This document shows positions 62,420 to 64,000 of a stretch of DNA of 64,000 bases, piece after piece. This DNA is from Macrostomum lignano. Its lineage: Eukaryota. The notes beneath the pieces were generated by a model, which was not told where the DNA came from, did no database searches, and saw only the letters and a list, made by a program, of their open reading frames with translations. Every line of letters starts with the position of its first letter. The stretch's first letter is position 1. The position numbers were made by a program, and so were the translations under genes. The stretch lies in contig NIVC01001761.1 of NCBI GenBank assembly GCA_002269645.1, positions 62,001-126,000 on the forward strand. Direction: 5' to 3'.

Positions 62420-63974
62420 CTAGGAATGCCGATAGGTCCCAGAGGACCGCATGCAGTGCAGCAGACTCAGCCGGCGCTTGGCCTTCTCAACGCAGCTGAG
62501 CAGTTTTAGCGCCGGGCCCAGCTTCACGCCCATGAACTTCATCATCGCCTGGGTGCTGAGCAGCAGCAGCGCCGCGCCGTCGATGGCCTGGTCGGCGAAC
62601 AGCGGCACCAGCGAGCCCAGGCCGGAGTCGCGGAGGAACTCGGACACGTCCGACACGGACCACTCGGACATGTCCGAGGAGGGAGCCGATCCCACTGTGG
62701 GAGGGGGGAGGTTGCGGCGGTTGGGATTTTTAGCCCCTATCTGATCATCTAATTATTGCCTCAGCTGAATGCGAACACTGCCACAGACACCCCACTCACC
62801 TCCCTGCCACAGACACCCCACTCACCTCCCTGCTACAGACACCCCACTGATCTCCCAGCTACAGACACCCCACTCACCTCCCTGCCACAGACACCCCACT
62901 CACCTCCCTGCCACAGACACCCCACTCACCTCCCTGCCACAGACACCCCACTCACCTCCCTGCTACAGACACCCCACTGATCTCCCAGCTACAGACACCC
63001 CACTCACCTCCCTGCCACAGACACCCACTCACCTCCCTGCCACAGACACCCCACTCACCTCCCTGCCACAGACACCCCACTCACCTCCCTGCCACAGACA
63101 CCCCACTCACCTCCCTGCCACAGACACCCCACTGATCTCCCAGCCACAGACACCCCACTCACCTCCCTGCCACAGACACCCCACTCACCTCCCTGCCACA
63201 GACACCCCACTCACCTCCCTGCCACAGACACCCCACTCACCTCCCTGCCACAGACACCCCACTCACCTCCCTGCCACAGACACCCCACTCACCTCCCTGC
63301 CACAGACACCCCACTCACCTCCCTGCCACAGACACCCCACTCACCTCCCTGCCACAGACACCCCACTCACCTCCCTGCCACAGACACCCCACTCACCTCC
63401 CTGCCACAGACACCCCACTCACCTCCCTGCCACAGACACCCCACTGATCTCCCAGCCACAGACACCCCACTCACCTCCCTGCCACAGACACCCCACTCAC
63501 CTCCCTGCCACAGACACCCCACTCATCTCCCTGCCACAGACACCCCACTCACCTCCCGGGTCGCTCAGCCTGGCCAATTTCGGCGCCGTGGCGCCTCCGC
63601 TATCCAGTCGAGTCGAGGCTGACGCTGCCGAACACGCGACTGCGGACACCGCAGCGGCAGCAGCAGGAGTTGACGTCACGACAGCAGCCGTGGCAGCGGT
63701 AGAAGATTTGGGCACAGCGGAGCAGCTGTCCAGACTGCCGCGGCCAGGCAGGGGTCGAGCTTCCGACAACTGCAAACTGGTCGAGCTGGTGGCGGACGTA
63801 GGACTCGCGGTCGGGAGATCTCCTTCGGTGGCGTGGCTGACGGTGTTGCCGCGGTCTCCGCCTCCAGCTTGGCTCTGTCAGTGACGGAGTCAACTGCCGT
63901 CGCGCTGTCCGCTGAACTCTTGGAAGCCTGCACGACGGCATCAGCGACTGCTGGCTCGGACTCGGAGGTTGACG
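62420..63974 (-). CDS. 3' exons of a Polycomb-type SAM-domain protein, Scm/SCMH1-like (gene continues beyond the window)
   Basis: Last coding exon 62694-62420: WSVSDVSEFLRDSGL..FADQAIDGAALLLLSTQAMMKFMGVKLGPALKL, close to the Scm-type SAM IDGKALLLL..MMKYMGLKLGPALK. Preceding S/T/A-rich exon about 63974-63553 with phase-1 donor GGGAG|GTGAGT matching the acceptor CCCACAG|TG; it contains an apparent frameshift near 63810. Confidence 0.75.
62780..63556. repeat. 26-bp minisatellite CTGCCACAGACACCCCACTCACCTCC containing the SAM-gene splice donor
   Basis: Minus-strand unit GGGAG|GTGAGTGGGGTGTCTGTGGCA; the first copy is the predicted exon-intron junction at 63553/63552. Confidence 0.95.
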
Positions 63975-64000
63975 CTGGCGGGGGGGGGAATCAGCAATTC

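Overview
Eukaryotic (animal) genomic DNA: GC-rich coding exons separated by introns that almost all carry their own micro- or minisatellite. This resembles a Macrostomum-type free-living flatworm (inference; no database check). Most long ORFs in the track are repeat artefacts. Real content: (1) 1.8-19.6 kb, a cluster of two apparently intact-looking and two broken copies of an uncharacterised Cys-containing protein family (putative PAN/apple-like N-terminus, ConA/LamG-like C-terminus), interleaved with decayed Ty3/Gypsy, BEL/Pao, RTE-like LINE and tRNA-derived SINE-like pieces; (2) 21144-44437 (+), a 26-exon gene that I spliced by hand into one open frame of 5700 nt (1899 aa plus stop), a TRPM2-like channel (MHR1-4, S1-S6, TRP helix, coiled coil, NUDT9-homology domain) preceded in frame by about 4 ankyrin repeats and with a degenerate Nudix box; (3) 50799-57292 (+), a 6-exon Tbx20/H15/midline gene (619 aa); (4) the 3' exons of a minus-strand Scm-like SAM-domain gene at the right edge. 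The best candidate for something undescribed is the ankyrin-TRPM-NUDT9H fusion channel, since TRPM channels are classically defined as lacking ankyrin repeats. All exon structures are manual predictions from GT/AG sites and reading-frame phase, without transcript evidence.
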